A DNA stretch of 64,000 nt from an uncultured Gammaproteobacteria bacterium (GTDB taxonomy: Bacteria; Patescibacteriota; Patescibacteriia; XYB2-FULL-38-15). A program made the translations under genes and the position numbers. Under the pieces are notes generated by a model, which was not told the origin of the DNA, made no database searches, and was given only the letters and a program-made list of their open reading frames with translations. The DNA lies in contig OZ246416.1 in assembly GCA_965231095.1 (NCBI GenBank), positions 50,938-114,937 on the forward strand. Reading direction: 5' to 3'. Below, piece by piece: positions 1 through 9,647 of the stretch (position 1 is its first letter; each line of letters begins with the position of its first letter).

Positions 1-35
1 GCGCCGAGGAGCCTCGAATCTCACCCTCTCCGCCA
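1..35 (+). tRNA. 3' fragment of a tRNA (T-arm, acceptor 3' strand, CCA), probably a second tRNA-Ser; the 5' part lies upstream of the window
   Basis: Window starts inside ...ggagcctcgaatctcaccctctccgCCA. The acceptor 3' strand CCTCTCC plus G plus CCA is identical to that of the complete tRNA-Ser just downstream. Confidence 0.5.
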
Positions 36-46
36 TGCCGAAAAGT

Positions 47-137
47 GGAGAGGTGGCCGAGCGGCTGAAGGCAGCGGTTTGCTAAACCGTTATACGGTCG
101 AAAGTCCGTATCGCGAGTTCGAATCTCGCCCTCTCCG
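47..137 (+). tRNA. tRNA-Ser (anticodon GCU), class II tRNA with long variable arm
   Basis: Acceptor GGAGAGG pairs with CCTCTCC at 130-136 (discriminator G137). D-arm GGCCGAGCGG; anticodon loop uuGCUaa closed by a 5-bp stem; long variable arm; T-arm GAGTTCGAATCTC. ~91 nt. Confidence 0.8.
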
Positions 138-172
138 TTTTAATAAAACAATATTCATTAGCCCATAAAAAT

Positions 173-667
173 ATGTCTCCAGAAACAAAAGACATAGAAC
201 GCGGCGCGCTTTTGGCCGGGTGGAAAATTCCCGAATACACAAAACATGAGCGAGGCCGTTATTGGTACCTTTGGGCGGGAATAATTTTTGCGTTGCTTTT
301 GACGTACGCAATTTACACGCTGGATTTTCTTTTTGCGGTTATTTTAGTTTTAGCGGCGGTAATTATTTTTATTCGTTCGCGCGAGGAGCCGGCGGAAATT
401 GATTTTAATATTTTTGAAAGGGGAATTGGCGTGGGGGGAAAATTTCATACATGGAAAGAGATGGTTTGTTTTTACATAATTTATGAACCGCCGGAAGTTA
501 AAAATTTATATTTTGATTTAAAGGGTTTGAGGTCAAGATTATCTATTCCGCTCGGAAGTCAAAATCCAGTTAAAGTAAGGGAGGCATTGTTAAAATATCT
601 GACAGAAAATTTGAATGAGGAGAAGGAACCCCTATCCGAAGAGTATGAAAGATTTTTGAAAATTTAG
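173..667 (+). CDS. hypothetical small membrane protein (two predicted TM helices)
   Basis: 164-aa ORF with hydrophobic segments (WYLWAGIIFALLLTYAIY..LVLAAVIIFI); no recognisable domain. Confidence 0.5.
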   Translation: MSPETKDIERGALLAGWKIPEYTKHERGRYWYLWAGIIFALLLTYAIYTLDFLFAVILVLAAVIIFIRSREEPAEIDFNIFERGIGVGGKFHTWKEMVCFYIIYEPPEVKNLYFDLKGLRSRLSIPLGSQNPVKVREALLKYLTENLNEEKEPLSEEYERFLKI

Positions 668-679
668 TTTAAGATAATA

Positions 680-726
680 AAAATATTTTTTCCCGCGCCC
701 AGCCAGTAAAAAGCGTGGGTTTTTTA
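680..726 (+). terminator. putative intrinsic terminator after ORF 173..667 (imperfect GC stem then T-run gggttttttatt)
   Basis: cccgcgcccagccagtaaaaagcgtgggtttttt. Confidence 0.35.
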
Positions 727-806
727 TTGGATTTAGATATTTTGACGAGGAGTAGACAAAAATTTGATTTTTTGGTTAAATAGTAGAATATTCAGTTTAT
801 TTCCTT

Positions 807-878
807 GCGCCCGTAGCTCAACGGATAGAGTACGAGCTTGCGGAGCTTGTGATCGAGGTTCGATTCCTCGCGGGCGCA
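807..878 (+). tRNA. tRNA-Arg (anticodon loop uuGCGga; anticodon read as GCG/ICG-type)
   Basis: gcgcccg acceptor pairs with cgggcgc at 871-877; D-arm tagctcaacggatagagta is typical of tRNA-Arg; anticodon stem cgagc/gcttg; T-arm gaggttcgattcctc. Upstream TAGTAGAAT extended -10. Confidence 0.75.
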
Positions 879-907
879 GAGAATTAATCTGAATTAAAAA
901 TTTAAAA

Positions 908-2956
908 ATGGTTACCCGAGAAACACCGATAGAAAATCTTCTGCGGGTTGGAAAAGCAACGTCAAAAAAATTACAAAATTTAGGTCTCCGAACTGCCGAA
1001 GACCTTCTTTTTTATTTTCCCTTTAGATACGAAGATTGGAGTAAAATTTTGCCAATCGGCCAGATGACTTATGGATCAGTCGGAACTTGCCGCGGGCGAG
1101 TGGAATTGATTAAAAATACAAGAAGTTTTCATAGAAGAAAAAATATTACTGAAGCGTTAATTTCCGATAATTCCGGATCCATTAAGGCGGTATGGTTTAA
1201 TCAGCCGTTTTTGGTAAAAATTTTAAAAGTCGGCGATGAAATATTTTTATCGGGTAAGGTTGATTTTGACCGGTATGGCATACACCTTACATCTCCGTCT
1301 TATGAAAAAATCGGAGAGGAAGCGGAGACAACTCATACGGCGAGAATTGTTCCGGTTTACCGCACGACGGAGAATTTAACCAACAAACAAATAAGATTTT
1401 TAGTTAAGTTGGCCGCGCCATTGGCTCTGAAAATTTCCGAGTGGTTACCCCCGGGAATTAAAAAAGAGTTTGGTTTAATTGATTTAAATAAGGCCTTGGG
1501 GCAAATTCACTTTCCGGGGAATATTAATTTGCTTAAGGCGGCGCGCCATCGTTTGAAATTTGATGAATTATTTTTAGTTCAGCTGCGGAATTTATTGTTA
1601 AAAAATAATTTACAAAAAAGCGTCGCGCCCAAAATTATTTTCCGCGAAGAGGAAACAAAAAAATTTACCGCCGCGCTCCCTTTTAAATTAACCGACGGTC
1701 AGCGCCAGGCGGCTTGGGAAATTTTAAAGGATTTGGGGGCGGGCGTGCCAACAAATAGGCTCCTCGAGGGAGATGTCGGCTCGGGCAAAACAATTGTGGC
1801 GGCGATCGCGATTTTGAATATTTTTTTAAATGGCTACAAAACAATTTTAATGGCTCCGACAGAAATTTTGGCGCATCAACATTATGACACGTTTTGTAGG
1901 TTATTTCATAGCCTGGACGTGAAAGTTGGATTGGTCACGCGCAGCGAAAAAAAGATGAATGGAGAAAAAGATAAAAATGCGGAATTTGTTATTAGTAATT
2001 CAGATTTAGTTATCGGCACGCACGCCTTGATTCAAGATGGAATTATTTTTGATAAATTAGGGATGGCGATTGTTGACGAGCAACATCGTTTCGGCGTGAA
2101 ACAGCGGCAAGCCCTGAAAGGCAATAGGGAAAATCCGCATTTTCTTTCCATGACCGCGACGCCGATTCCGCGGACAATGTCTTTGGCTTTTTATGGCGAT
2201 TTAGACATTTCCGTCATAAAAGAATTACCAATCGGACGAAAGAAAATTTTGACTAAAGTTGTGCCGCCGGAAAAAAGAGACGCGGCTTATGAATTTGTAA
2301 AAAAGGAAATAAAGGACGGCCGGCAAGTTTTTGTGATTTGTCCGTTGATTGATCAATCAGACAAGCTCGGCGTTAAGTCGGCGAAAGAGGAATATAAAAA
2401 ATTAAGCCAAGAAATTTTTCCCGAATTAAAAATCGGACTTTTGCATGGAAAAATGAAATCGGAAGAAAAGGAAAAGGTGATGGGGGAGTTTTTGGAAAAT
2501 AAAATAAATATTTTAGTTTCTACTTCTGTTGTAGAAGTCGGCGTTGACGTGCCCAACGCGACAGTCATGATAATTGAGGGTGCGGAGCGGTTTGGTTTGG
2601 CGCAGCTGCATCAGTTCCGGGGGAGAGTGGGGCGCTCTGATTTCCAATCGTATTGTTTTTTGTTTTCCGATAGCGACAGCGAGGAAGCGGCGAAAAGGTT
2701 GTTTGTGCTGACAACTTGTAACGACGGATTTGCATTGGCGGAAAAAGATTTGGAATTCCGCGGGCCGGGGGAAATTTGGGGAGTGCGGCAGTCGGGAATG
2801 CCAGACTTACAAATCGCGACCCTTGCGGATTATGCGATTATTAAAGAAGCAAAAACAGCAGCGGAAAATTTAATAAGAAAAGACCCGGAACTTTTATCGT
2901 GGCCGGATCTCAAGGAGAGGTTGGGTGATCTTGAGAAAAAAGTACACCTGGAATAG
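908..2956 (+). CDS. recG: ATP-dependent DNA helicase RecG
   Basis: 682 aa; wedge domain then SF2 helicase motifs GDVGSGKT, DEQHRFG, TATPIPRT, QLHQFRGRVGR. Confidence 0.9.
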   Translation: MVTRETPIENLLRVGKATSKKLQNLGLRTAEDLLFYFPFRYEDWSKILPIGQMTYGSVGTCRGRVELIKNTRSFHRRKNITEALISDNSGSIKAVWFNQPFLVKILKVGDEIFLSGKVDFDRYGIHLTSPSYEKIGEEAETTHTARIVPVYRTTENLTNKQIRFLVKLAAPLALKISEWLPPGIKKEFGLIDLNKALGQIHFPGNINLLKAARHRLKFDELFLVQLRNLLLKNNLQKSVAPKIIFREEETKKFTAALPFKLTDGQRQAAWEILKDLGAGVPTNRLLEGDVGSGKTIVAAIAILNIFLNGYKTILMAPTEILAHQHYDTFCRLFHSLDVKVGLVTRSEKKMNGEKDKNAEFVISNSDLVIGTHALIQDGIIFDKLGMAIVDEQHRFGVKQRQALKGNRENPHFLSMTATPIPRTMSLAFYGDLDISVIKELPIGRKKILTKVVPPEKRDAAYEFVKKEIKDGRQVFVICPLIDQSDKLGVKSAKEEYKKLSQEIFPELKIGLLHGKMKSEEKEKVMGEFLENKINILVSTSVVEVGVDVPNATVMIIEGAERFGLAQLHQFRGRVGRSDFQSYCFLFSDSDSEEAAKRLFVLTTCNDGFALAEKDLEFRGPGEIWGVRQSGMPDLQIATLADYAIIKEAKTAAENLIRKDPELLSWPDLKERLGDLEKKVHLE

Positions 2957-2968
2957 TGGGTCAGAACT

Positions 2969-3592
2969 TTATTTTTTTGATATGAATTTATTTCCCTTAA
3001 TATAAAACCTCCAGGGTTTATTTTTGTATCGGCCGGCGTAATCCACCCCGACTCTTTTCGCGGCAACAATTTCCGACGATTTTATTTTTACGCCGCGATC
3101 TTCAACCCATAAAATATCAGAGGTGAGGTCGGTGGTATTTAAAGATTTATCTATTTTTAACGCCTGACAAAGTTTGCCCGGGCCGTTTGTGAGACTTCGT
3201 TCATCTTTCGGCGCGTGGCGTTCGTGGCGCATTAAGTCAGCTCCCTCGGCTGGTTCTAACGCGCGGATTAAAATTGCCGCCGGATAATTTTCTTTTTCCG
3301 TGACAATATTAAAACAATAATTCAGGCCGTAAATTAAATAAATATAAGCGTGGCCTGGAGGGCCAAACATCGGCGCGGTGCGGGCGGTTTTTCCGCGGGA
3401 GGCATGGCTAGCCTTGTCGCTCGGTCCGACATAGGCTTCAGTTTCTACAATTTTTCCAGCAAGAATTTTTTTACCAATTTTTTTGACTAAAAATTTACCC
3501 AGGATCTCCTGGGCAACTTTCAATGTTTCTCTATTATAAAATTTTTTTTTAATTTTCTTCTTCATTTTTTTCTTCGGTATGGCGTATGTCAA
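2969..3592 (-). CDS. DNA-3-methyladenine glycosylase (Mpg/AAG family); true start probably internal (overlaps radA 3' end)
   Basis: Motifs ETEAYVGPSDKASHA, GPPGHAYIYLIYGLNYCFNIV, LTNGPGKLCQALKI characteristic of PF02245. Confidence 0.8.
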   Translation of the reverse strand: MTYAIPKKKMKKKIKKKFYNRETLKVAQEILGKFLVKKIGKKILAGKIVETEAYVGPSDKASHASRGKTARTAPMFGPPGHAYIYLIYGLNYCFNIVTEKENYPAAILIRALEPAEGADLMRHERHAPKDERSLTNGPGKLCQALKIDKSLNTTDLTSDILWVEDRGVKIKSSEIVAAKRVGVDYAGRYKNKPWRFYIKGNKFISKK

Positions 3593-4937
3593 GTTGGAGA
3601 TATTTTATCGCTTCGGCGATATTTTTTATTTTTGTAATTTTTATATTTCCCTTAACTTGTTGTTTAAAGTTTGGCGCCAAAATTTCTTTGAATCCCATTT
3701 TTTCCGCCTCATTAATTCTTTTTTCAATTTGTCCCGCCGCGCGCACTTCGCCGCCCAAGCCGACTTCGCCAAAAGCGAGCATGGTCCGCGGCAGAGGTTT
3801 ATTTTTAAAAGCGGAGGCTACAGCCAAAACGACGGCAAGGTCGCAGGCCGGTTCTTGAATTTTATAACCGCCGGCGACGTTTAAATGGACATCGTGCGTT
3901 CCCAAATTTATTCCCGCCCTTTTTCCCAAAACCGCGAGAAGGAGCTGCAAGCGATTTAAATCAAAACCGCCGGAACGCCGTTGGGGATAGCCAAAATAAG
4001 TTCGGGAAACAAGCGATTGAATTTCAACGAGTAGCGGCCGGGAACCTTCAATCACGCAAGTCGTAGCCGAGCCGGCGATATCGCTATCGCGTTCTTCAAG
4101 AAAAATCGCCGAAGGATTTTTAACTTCTTCTAGGCCACTTGATTTCATTTCAAAAATTCCCACTTCATCGGTTCCGCCAAATCTATTTTTAACGGTGCGC
4201 AGCAGCCGGTAGGCGTGGAAGCGATCGCCTTCAAGATATAAAACCGTGTCCACTAAATGTTCCAGAGTTTTTGGTCCGGCGACTTGGCCTTCTTTTGTGA
4301 CATGGCCGATTATGAAAATCGGAATATTGTTTTTTTTGGCGACTTCCAAGAGTTTTACGGTGCAGGCGCGGACTTGGTTTACGCTGCCGGCTTCGGAGGG
4401 GAGTTCGGGCGTGGCCATGGTTTGGATTGAATCAATAATCGCCATGGCCGGTTTTAATTTTTCTATTGTCGAACAAATTATATTAATATTTGTTTCGCCC
4501 AAAAATTGAAGGGCGGTGGTTTTAAGCCCCAAGCGGTCCAGCCGCATTTTTATCTGTTCGGCGGATTCTTCTCCGGAAACGTAAAGAGTATTTCCGTTTT
4601 TTCCCGACGCGGCCATTTGCGCCACAAGAGTTGATTTTCCAATTCCCGGTTCGCCGCCCAAAAGTACAAGCGAGCCCGGAACAATTCCGCCGCCTAAAAC
4701 CTGATCAAGCTCATTAATGCCGGTTTTTATCCGCGCGAAATCTTTTCCTGTGACCTCATTAAAATTTACGACTTTACCCATGGGCATTTTTCCCGATTCT
4801 TGCATTTTTTGACTTTCAGATTTCATTACTTCCGAAAGTGTTCCCCACGCGCCGCATTCCAAGCACCGCCCCGCCCACTTGGTGGATTGAGCCCCGCACT
4901 TGGAACATTCATAAATTGTTTGTGGTGAATTGGGCAT
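3549..4937 (-). CDS. radA: DNA repair protein RadA/Sms
   Basis: N-terminal zinc ribbon CSKCGAQSTKWAGRCLECGAWGTL, Walker A GGEPGIGKSTL, KNRFG motif, C-terminal Lon-protease-like domain. Confidence 0.9.
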   Translation of the reverse strand: MPNSPQTIYECSKCGAQSTKWAGRCLECGAWGTLSEVMKSESQKMQESGKMPMGKVVNFNEVTGKDFARIKTGINELDQVLGGGIVPGSLVLLGGEPGIGKSTLVAQMAASGKNGNTLYVSGEESAEQIKMRLDRLGLKTTALQFLGETNINIICSTIEKLKPAMAIIDSIQTMATPELPSEAGSVNQVRACTVKLLEVAKKNNIPIFIIGHVTKEGQVAGPKTLEHLVDTVLYLEGDRFHAYRLLRTVKNRFGGTDEVGIFEMKSSGLEEVKNPSAIFLEERDSDIAGSATTCVIEGSRPLLVEIQSLVSRTYFGYPQRRSGGFDLNRLQLLLAVLGKRAGINLGTHDVHLNVAGGYKIQEPACDLAVVLAVASAFKNKPLPRTMLAFGEVGLGGEVRAAGQIEKRINEAEKMGFKEILAPNFKQQVKGNIKITKIKNIAEAIKYLQLDIRHTEEKNEEEN

Positions 4938-4942
4938 ATTTT

Positions 4943-6673
4943 TTACGGTTCTGGTTTATAGGTTGATGTGAGTGGGAAGGGGAGACCACAGGTGCTTTTT
5001 AGGCAAACAGTCCCTCTTTTGACAACTTTTCCCGGAGAACCCTGAACTACACTGGCTACTCCTGCTCGTGAGGTCCAGCCCATAAAAATCACGGCATGGC
5101 CACCTCGCGTAGACGAGTTGGCATTAAAAATCACAATGGAATCACCGGCCTGCAATTCGTCTGCCCAAGAATCCGGATAACCATCACCGATTCCGCTCCT
5201 TAATTTTTCATAAACCTTTCTTATTTGTTCTGCGGATTTGCAATCGGGTATACTTCCGTCGCAATTCATTGTATCTAAATATGCCCAAAGATCACTGTAT
5301 GAATAGACGGAGTGTCTCACTATGCCGCGGGTTGAGACTCCTAAACCATTTTTTAATGCCTCCTCAACGTTTCGTCCTCTTTGGCCAGCCGTAGCTTGCG
5401 GAACTCCGGCTAAGTAGTTAATTCTCAAATTTGATTCTCCGCAACTTCCCAGGATAACACAACAATTGGCAGCCGCATTTGCGACAGCTGTAACTTTAGC
5501 CCTTGTGCTTCCGCTACTAGGAATTAGTTTTTTCATAAATTCTAACGCACGAGTATTCCCCGGGCCAGTCCCAGTGTCCGCTTGTGCTTCTGCCGAAAAA
5601 GTCACAAAGCATCTTGACAAGCTCTCATCACATTTTTCAGAGGTCGCAATCGGTCTACTCCCTTCTGGAACCGAAGTATCCGATGCCGCGGCTTCACTGG
5701 CCGCAGCAGTATCAACGTTATTCCACGTTGCCTCCTCAATATACTTTACTTTTAATGAATCAAACTCCGTCAATTTGGGATTTATGGCAAAAAGAAGCAA
5801 ATATGAAGTTAAAGCAATAACCAAACCCACGAGTGACGATTCAATAAAACTTTTTGCCGTGGAAACTTTTCCTGCGTCTCCGCCGGCTGTGAGCCAGAGA
5901 AGTCCACCAATGACAATCATAATTCCCGCCAAGATTCCGACGACGCCGATGGCATATTTATAAATTGCCGCAATGTATTGCCCAAGCCAGGGGATTAAGA
6001 GATAACGGTTTGGTGCGTCGCCCTGGAGTGTCAAATCGGCAAATTGAGAAAGACTTGGGAGAGTGGGTAGAGGAATTTCAAGGGTAGGGGTGACAGATTC
6101 AAATTGATGCGGCGCCGGAGGTTCGGCAACGGGGCTCAGTTTTTCGCAAGTCGTTTTTGTTTCATCGCAGAGAAGAGATGATAATGAGGCACCTAAACAT
6201 TGCGCTTTGGCAAGACCGCAAAGATAATTGCAGGCGTCCTCGGTGGCAGTCAGAACTTCGAATCCTCCTACGATAACTTCCGACCCATCACTTTTTCTCG
6301 GAGTAAATTTACATTTTATCGTTAAAGTCGGAGTAGTTGTCTCGCCGCAAGTTGTGTAAGTCGCGTCGCAGTTTTCCGGATCGTGGGGGATGGCGTCAAG
6401 AATGCCGCCGCCTGAAGCGCATTGGGCCATCAGTCCGCCAGAAAATTCTCGGCTGCATTTTAGCAAACATTCTGCTTTTTCCAGTTCTCTGCTCCAAGGC
6501 CGGTGATCGGCGTCAGAGCCGGTATATATGATATTCCGGCTGCTATCGCGCGGGACGTATTCGCACTGAATTTTTTCCGCCAAAACCGGGCCGCCCATAA
6601 ATAAAAATAACACCGGTGATAAAAAAAATACTGACATCGCGGCGAAAAAATTTCGGCGGTTTGTTTTTTTCAT
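4943..6673 (-). CDS. secreted Cys-rich surface protein with a TrbC/VirB2-like two-helix membrane hairpin and a C-terminal CHAP/NlpC-P60-like putative hydrolase domain
   Basis: Signal peptide MKKTNRRNFFAAMSVFFLSPVLFLF; many Cys in the N-terminal region; hydrophobic hairpin IGGLLWLTAGGDAGKVSTAKSFIESSLVGLVIALTSYLLLF resembling conjugative pilins; C-terminal GDSIVIFNANSSTRGGHAVIF resembling the His motif of CHAP/NlpC-P60 hydrolases. Confidence 0.45.
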   Translation of the reverse strand: MKKTNRRNFFAAMSVFFLSPVLFLFMGGPVLAEKIQCEYVPRDSSRNIIYTGSDADHRPWSRELEKAECLLKCSREFSGGLMAQCASGGGILDAIPHDPENCDATYTTCGETTTPTLTIKCKFTPRKSDGSEVIVGGFEVLTATEDACNYLCGLAKAQCLGASLSSLLCDETKTTCEKLSPVAEPPAPHQFESVTPTLEIPLPTLPSLSQFADLTLQGDAPNRYLLIPWLGQYIAAIYKYAIGVVGILAGIMIVIGGLLWLTAGGDAGKVSTAKSFIESSLVGLVIALTSYLLLFAINPKLTEFDSLKVKYIEEATWNNVDTAAASEAAASDTSVPEGSRPIATSEKCDESLSRCFVTFSAEAQADTGTGPGNTRALEFMKKLIPSSGSTRAKVTAVANAAANCCVILGSCGESNLRINYLAGVPQATAGQRGRNVEEALKNGLGVSTRGIVRHSVYSYSDLWAYLDTMNCDGSIPDCKSAEQIRKVYEKLRSGIGDGYPDSWADELQAGDSIVIFNANSSTRGGHAVIFMGWTSRAGVASVVQGSPGKVVKRGTVCLKSTCGLPFPLTSTYKPEP

Positions 6674-6691
6674 AATATTTTAAAAATTTAT

Positions 6692-7939
6692 TTACTGCAA
6701 TCGCACTCGCTCTATCCGGCCCGTCTGGCTATTGGTAAAAGTTAAATATTGGCCGTCGGAAGTGATCGCGACATTTTCCGCGCTAAAAGATCCGTAAGGA
6801 ACGGCGACAAGACTTCTAAGTCCGGTTGTTAAATCAATTCTGTAAAATGAATCCGGGGTGGATCTGAAAAGTTCAGGTTGGAATCCGGCGCCGGTTTCCA
6901 TGGATTGAGGCACGGCGCAGTAAACGGTGTCATCGTCGGCAAAAGTGCATTTGTCGGCCCAAGTATTTACCGAGAGGCTTCTTCTTCCGGTTCCAATACT
7001 GTCTCCTTGCGCGCCCACAATCCAAAGGGTGGGTTTATATTCGGAAGCAGAGTTATAAACAGAATAAAGCAAGCGATCGCCGGTTTCCGACCATTCGGAT
7101 TGGAATCCTTGCCCTTCAACAGTTAACCCCGGAAAATTTTCATGATTTTTCCCGACGAAAAGAATTTGTTGGCGTTCAAAACCCATGGCCTGGCCGGTGC
7201 GCGAGGTGGCAATCACTTGATTGTTTGGCGACCAATTTACATCTACTTTATCCGCGTTATCGCCAAGGGGTTCAATGGCTTTTACTCCCGTGCCGTCGGG
7301 ATTGGAAGTAAAAAGCCAACGGTTATTTGGATCAATGCCAATGCTTTTACCGGCGATTTGGGCGCCGTCAGGAGAAAAACTAAAACCCTCCCAGTGTTTT
7401 GGCAGAGTGAATTGCTTGTCTGACGCGAAATCGTAGAGAACATTCGCCCCGTCGGGAAATTCCAAAATTGCCTTGTCGGTCGTGGGCGCCCAATTTACTT
7501 TTTCCACATTTTGAAAAGTTTTGTCGGAGAGTTTTAAAATATTTCCGTTTTCATCAACGCGATAGAATTTTCCATCGGTTGTGTCATAATAGGCAACATC
7601 TTTTCCGCTTGATGACATTAAAGCGTTAGCTACGGGTTTATCAACAAGCGTCCCCACCCAAGTTACGCCGCCCTTGGCAACAGTTGAAATTTCTTTAGGC
7701 AATTGTGGTGGAGGAGTAAGCGATGGCGCGAGAATTTGTGTCGGGGTCGCGGAAACTTCAACCGGCGTGGGCGGGCCCTCTAACGCTCGGCCAAGGCCGC
7801 CCGGCGTTACGGCTTCATTTGTGATTGGGGCGTTTACAATCGGAGCGGTGGGCCGGAAAAAAACATAATACATTAAATATCCGATGCCAAGCGTGACACC
7901 GATAAAAGCTGCAACAATTAATATTTTTTTCCAATCCAT
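6692..7939 (-). CDS. membrane-anchored TolB-like beta-propeller (PD40/WD40-like repeat) protein
   Basis: N-terminal TM anchor, Pro-rich linker, then repeated beta-propeller-like blades (NWAPTTD, FSFSPDGAQIAGKS, NWSPNNQVIATS, SPDGQYLTFT). Confidence 0.55.
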   Translation of the reverse strand: MDWKKILIVAAFIGVTLGIGYLMYYVFFRPTAPIVNAPITNEAVTPGGLGRALEGPPTPVEVSATPTQILAPSLTPPPQLPKEISTVAKGGVTWVGTLVDKPVANALMSSSGKDVAYYDTTDGKFYRVDENGNILKLSDKTFQNVEKVNWAPTTDKAILEFPDGANVLYDFASDKQFTLPKHWEGFSFSPDGAQIAGKSIGIDPNNRWLFTSNPDGTGVKAIEPLGDNADKVDVNWSPNNQVIATSRTGQAMGFERQQILFVGKNHENFPGLTVEGQGFQSEWSETGDRLLYSVYNSASEYKPTLWIVGAQGDSIGTGRRSLSVNTWADKCTFADDDTVYCAVPQSMETGAGFQPELFRSTPDSFYRIDLTTGLRSLVAVPYGSFSAENVAITSDGQYLTFTNSQTGRIERVRLQ

Positions 7940-7981
7940 ATTTTTAGTTATTAGTTAATAGTTATCAGTTAGCAGTTTTTA

Positions 7982-8878
7982 TTACGTCATACTGCGAAGA
8001 GATTTGATCCTTTCTTCCGCCGGGGGATGAGTCGAAAATAATTTATGAAAAAATTTTCCGGTTTTTGCGCCGAAAGGATTTGAAATATAAAGATGAGCCG
8101 TGGCGTCGTTGGCGCGTTTCATTGGTTCCCTATAAGCGGTAATTTTTTCGAGCGCTCGCGCCAATCCTTCGGGGTAGCGAGTTAAAAGCGCTCCGTCGGC
8201 GTCAGCTAAAAATTCTCGTTTTCGGGAAACCGCGAGTTGGATAAGTTTACCGATAAGCGGCGAGATTATTGCCAAAACAATGCCGGCTATAAGTAAAATC
8301 GCGCCAAGCTGTCCGCCGCCGTCGCGGTCATCGCGCCTTCCTCCAAAAAAACGAAAGCGTAAGAGCCAATCGGAAAGAAGCGCCACAACGCCGACTAAAA
8401 CAATCACCACCATCATTAACCGGATGTCATAATTTTTAATATGAGAAAGTTCGTGGGCAATAACTCCTTCCAGTTCCTCATTTTCCAGCCGTTCAATCAA
8501 GCCGGTAGTTATGGCGATTGAAGCGTGCTTCGGATCGCGGCCGGTGGCAAAGGCATTGGGCGCCGGATCAGTAATGATATAAACTTTAGGCGTGGGAAGG
8601 CCAGAGGTGATGCAGAGATTTTCCACCATTCGGTAGACGTAAGGATTATCATTTTTTTGGATCGGCCCTTTCGCGCCGGCAGTCCAAAGGGCGATTTTAT
8701 CTCCGCTATAAAAACTAAAGAGCGCCATCACAAGAGAAATAATAATGGCGAAAAAAAGCGAGCCGTATCCAAAATCCGAGATTTGGCTGAAAATCCAGCC
8801 GACAAAAATTACGAAAATAACAAAAATCGCGATTAACAAAAATGATTTTCGCTTATTAGAAGTGATTTGTTTATACAT
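7982..8878 (-). CDS. htpX: M48 family zinc metalloprotease HtpX
   Basis: HELSHIKNYD HExxH motif, two N-terminal TM segments, typical HtpX size; ATG at 8876-8878 preferred over the TTG at 8920. Confidence 0.85.
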   Translation of the reverse strand: MYKQITSNKRKSFLLIAIFVIFVIFVGWIFSQISDFGYGSLFFAIIISLVMALFSFYSGDKIALWTAGAKGPIQKNDNPYVYRMVENLCITSGLPTPKVYIITDPAPNAFATGRDPKHASIAITTGLIERLENEELEGVIAHELSHIKNYDIRLMMVVIVLVGVVALLSDWLLRFRFFGGRRDDRDGGGQLGAILLIAGIVLAIISPLIGKLIQLAVSRKREFLADADGALLTRYPEGLARALEKITAYREPMKRANDATAHLYISNPFGAKTGKFFHKLFSTHPPAEERIKSLRSMT

Positions 8879-8941
8879 AAACAGGTTTGAGACTTGAGAA
8901 TTGAGAAATTTTAATCTCAATTCTCATTTTCCAAATCCGTT

Positions 8942-9505
8942 TTAGAATTTCACGGCCGGGGCTTCTCTTTGTGCCGCTTCTTCTATTTCAAAAAATTCTT
9001 TTGACTTGAAGCCAAACATTCCGGCAATAGTGTTCGTCGGGAATTGTTCCGTTTTAGTGTTGAAGTCGCGGACGTTGCCGTTATAAAAGCGGCGGGCGGC
9101 TTGAACTTTATTTTCTGTGTCGGATAATTCATCTTGCAACTGCAAAAAATTTTGCGAAGCCTTGAGGTCGGGATAATTTTCCGCTACGGCAAAAAGGGAT
9201 TTTAGGGTTCCGGCGAGCATATTTTCCGTTTTGGCAATTTCGGCCGGATTTCCGCCTTTTTCCGCGTTAATAGCCGCGGCGCGGGCCAAAGTTACTTTTT
9301 CAAAAACTTCCTTTTCGTGGCCGGCGTAGCCTTTGACTGTTTCCACAAGATTTGGGATCAAGTCGTAGCGGCGTTTTAGTTGGACATCAATGTCAGACCA
9401 GGCTTCGTCCGTGCGGTTTCGGAGAGTAATTAATCCGTTGTAGGTGGCGATGAGCCAGATTACAATCAGGCCGACGGCACCTAAGAGTACCCAGAGAATA
9501 ATCAT
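8942..9505 (-). CDS. lemA: LemA family protein
   Basis: N-terminal TM then [51 protein letters not shown], characteristic LemA; conserved htpX-lemA pairing. Confidence 0.85.
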   Translation of the reverse strand: MIILWVLLGAVGLIVIWLIATYNGLITLRNRTDEAWSDIDVQLKRRYDLIPNLVETVKGYAGHEKEVFEKVTLARAAAINAEKGGNPAEIAKTENMLAGTLKSLFAVAENYPDLKASQNFLQLQDELSDTENKVQAARRFYNGNVRDFNTKTEQFPTNTIAGMFGFKSKEFFEIEEAAQREAPAVKF

Positions 9506-9647
9506 AAATTTAGACAGACGACTGACGACAAACGACTGACGACGCGGAGGTTGTTAGTTGTAAGTCGTTAGTTGTAAGTTGTAAGAATTCTTTTATTATT
9601 ATATAATGAAAAAATACAAAAGTCAAAGTTATCTTTGAAGTTGTTTT

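Noticed and set aside
7940-9590. CRISPR array interpretation of the tandem repeats in intergenic spacers
   Set aside because: Repeat units are only 6-12 nt, irregular, without unique spacers of 25-40 nt. No cas genes in the window.
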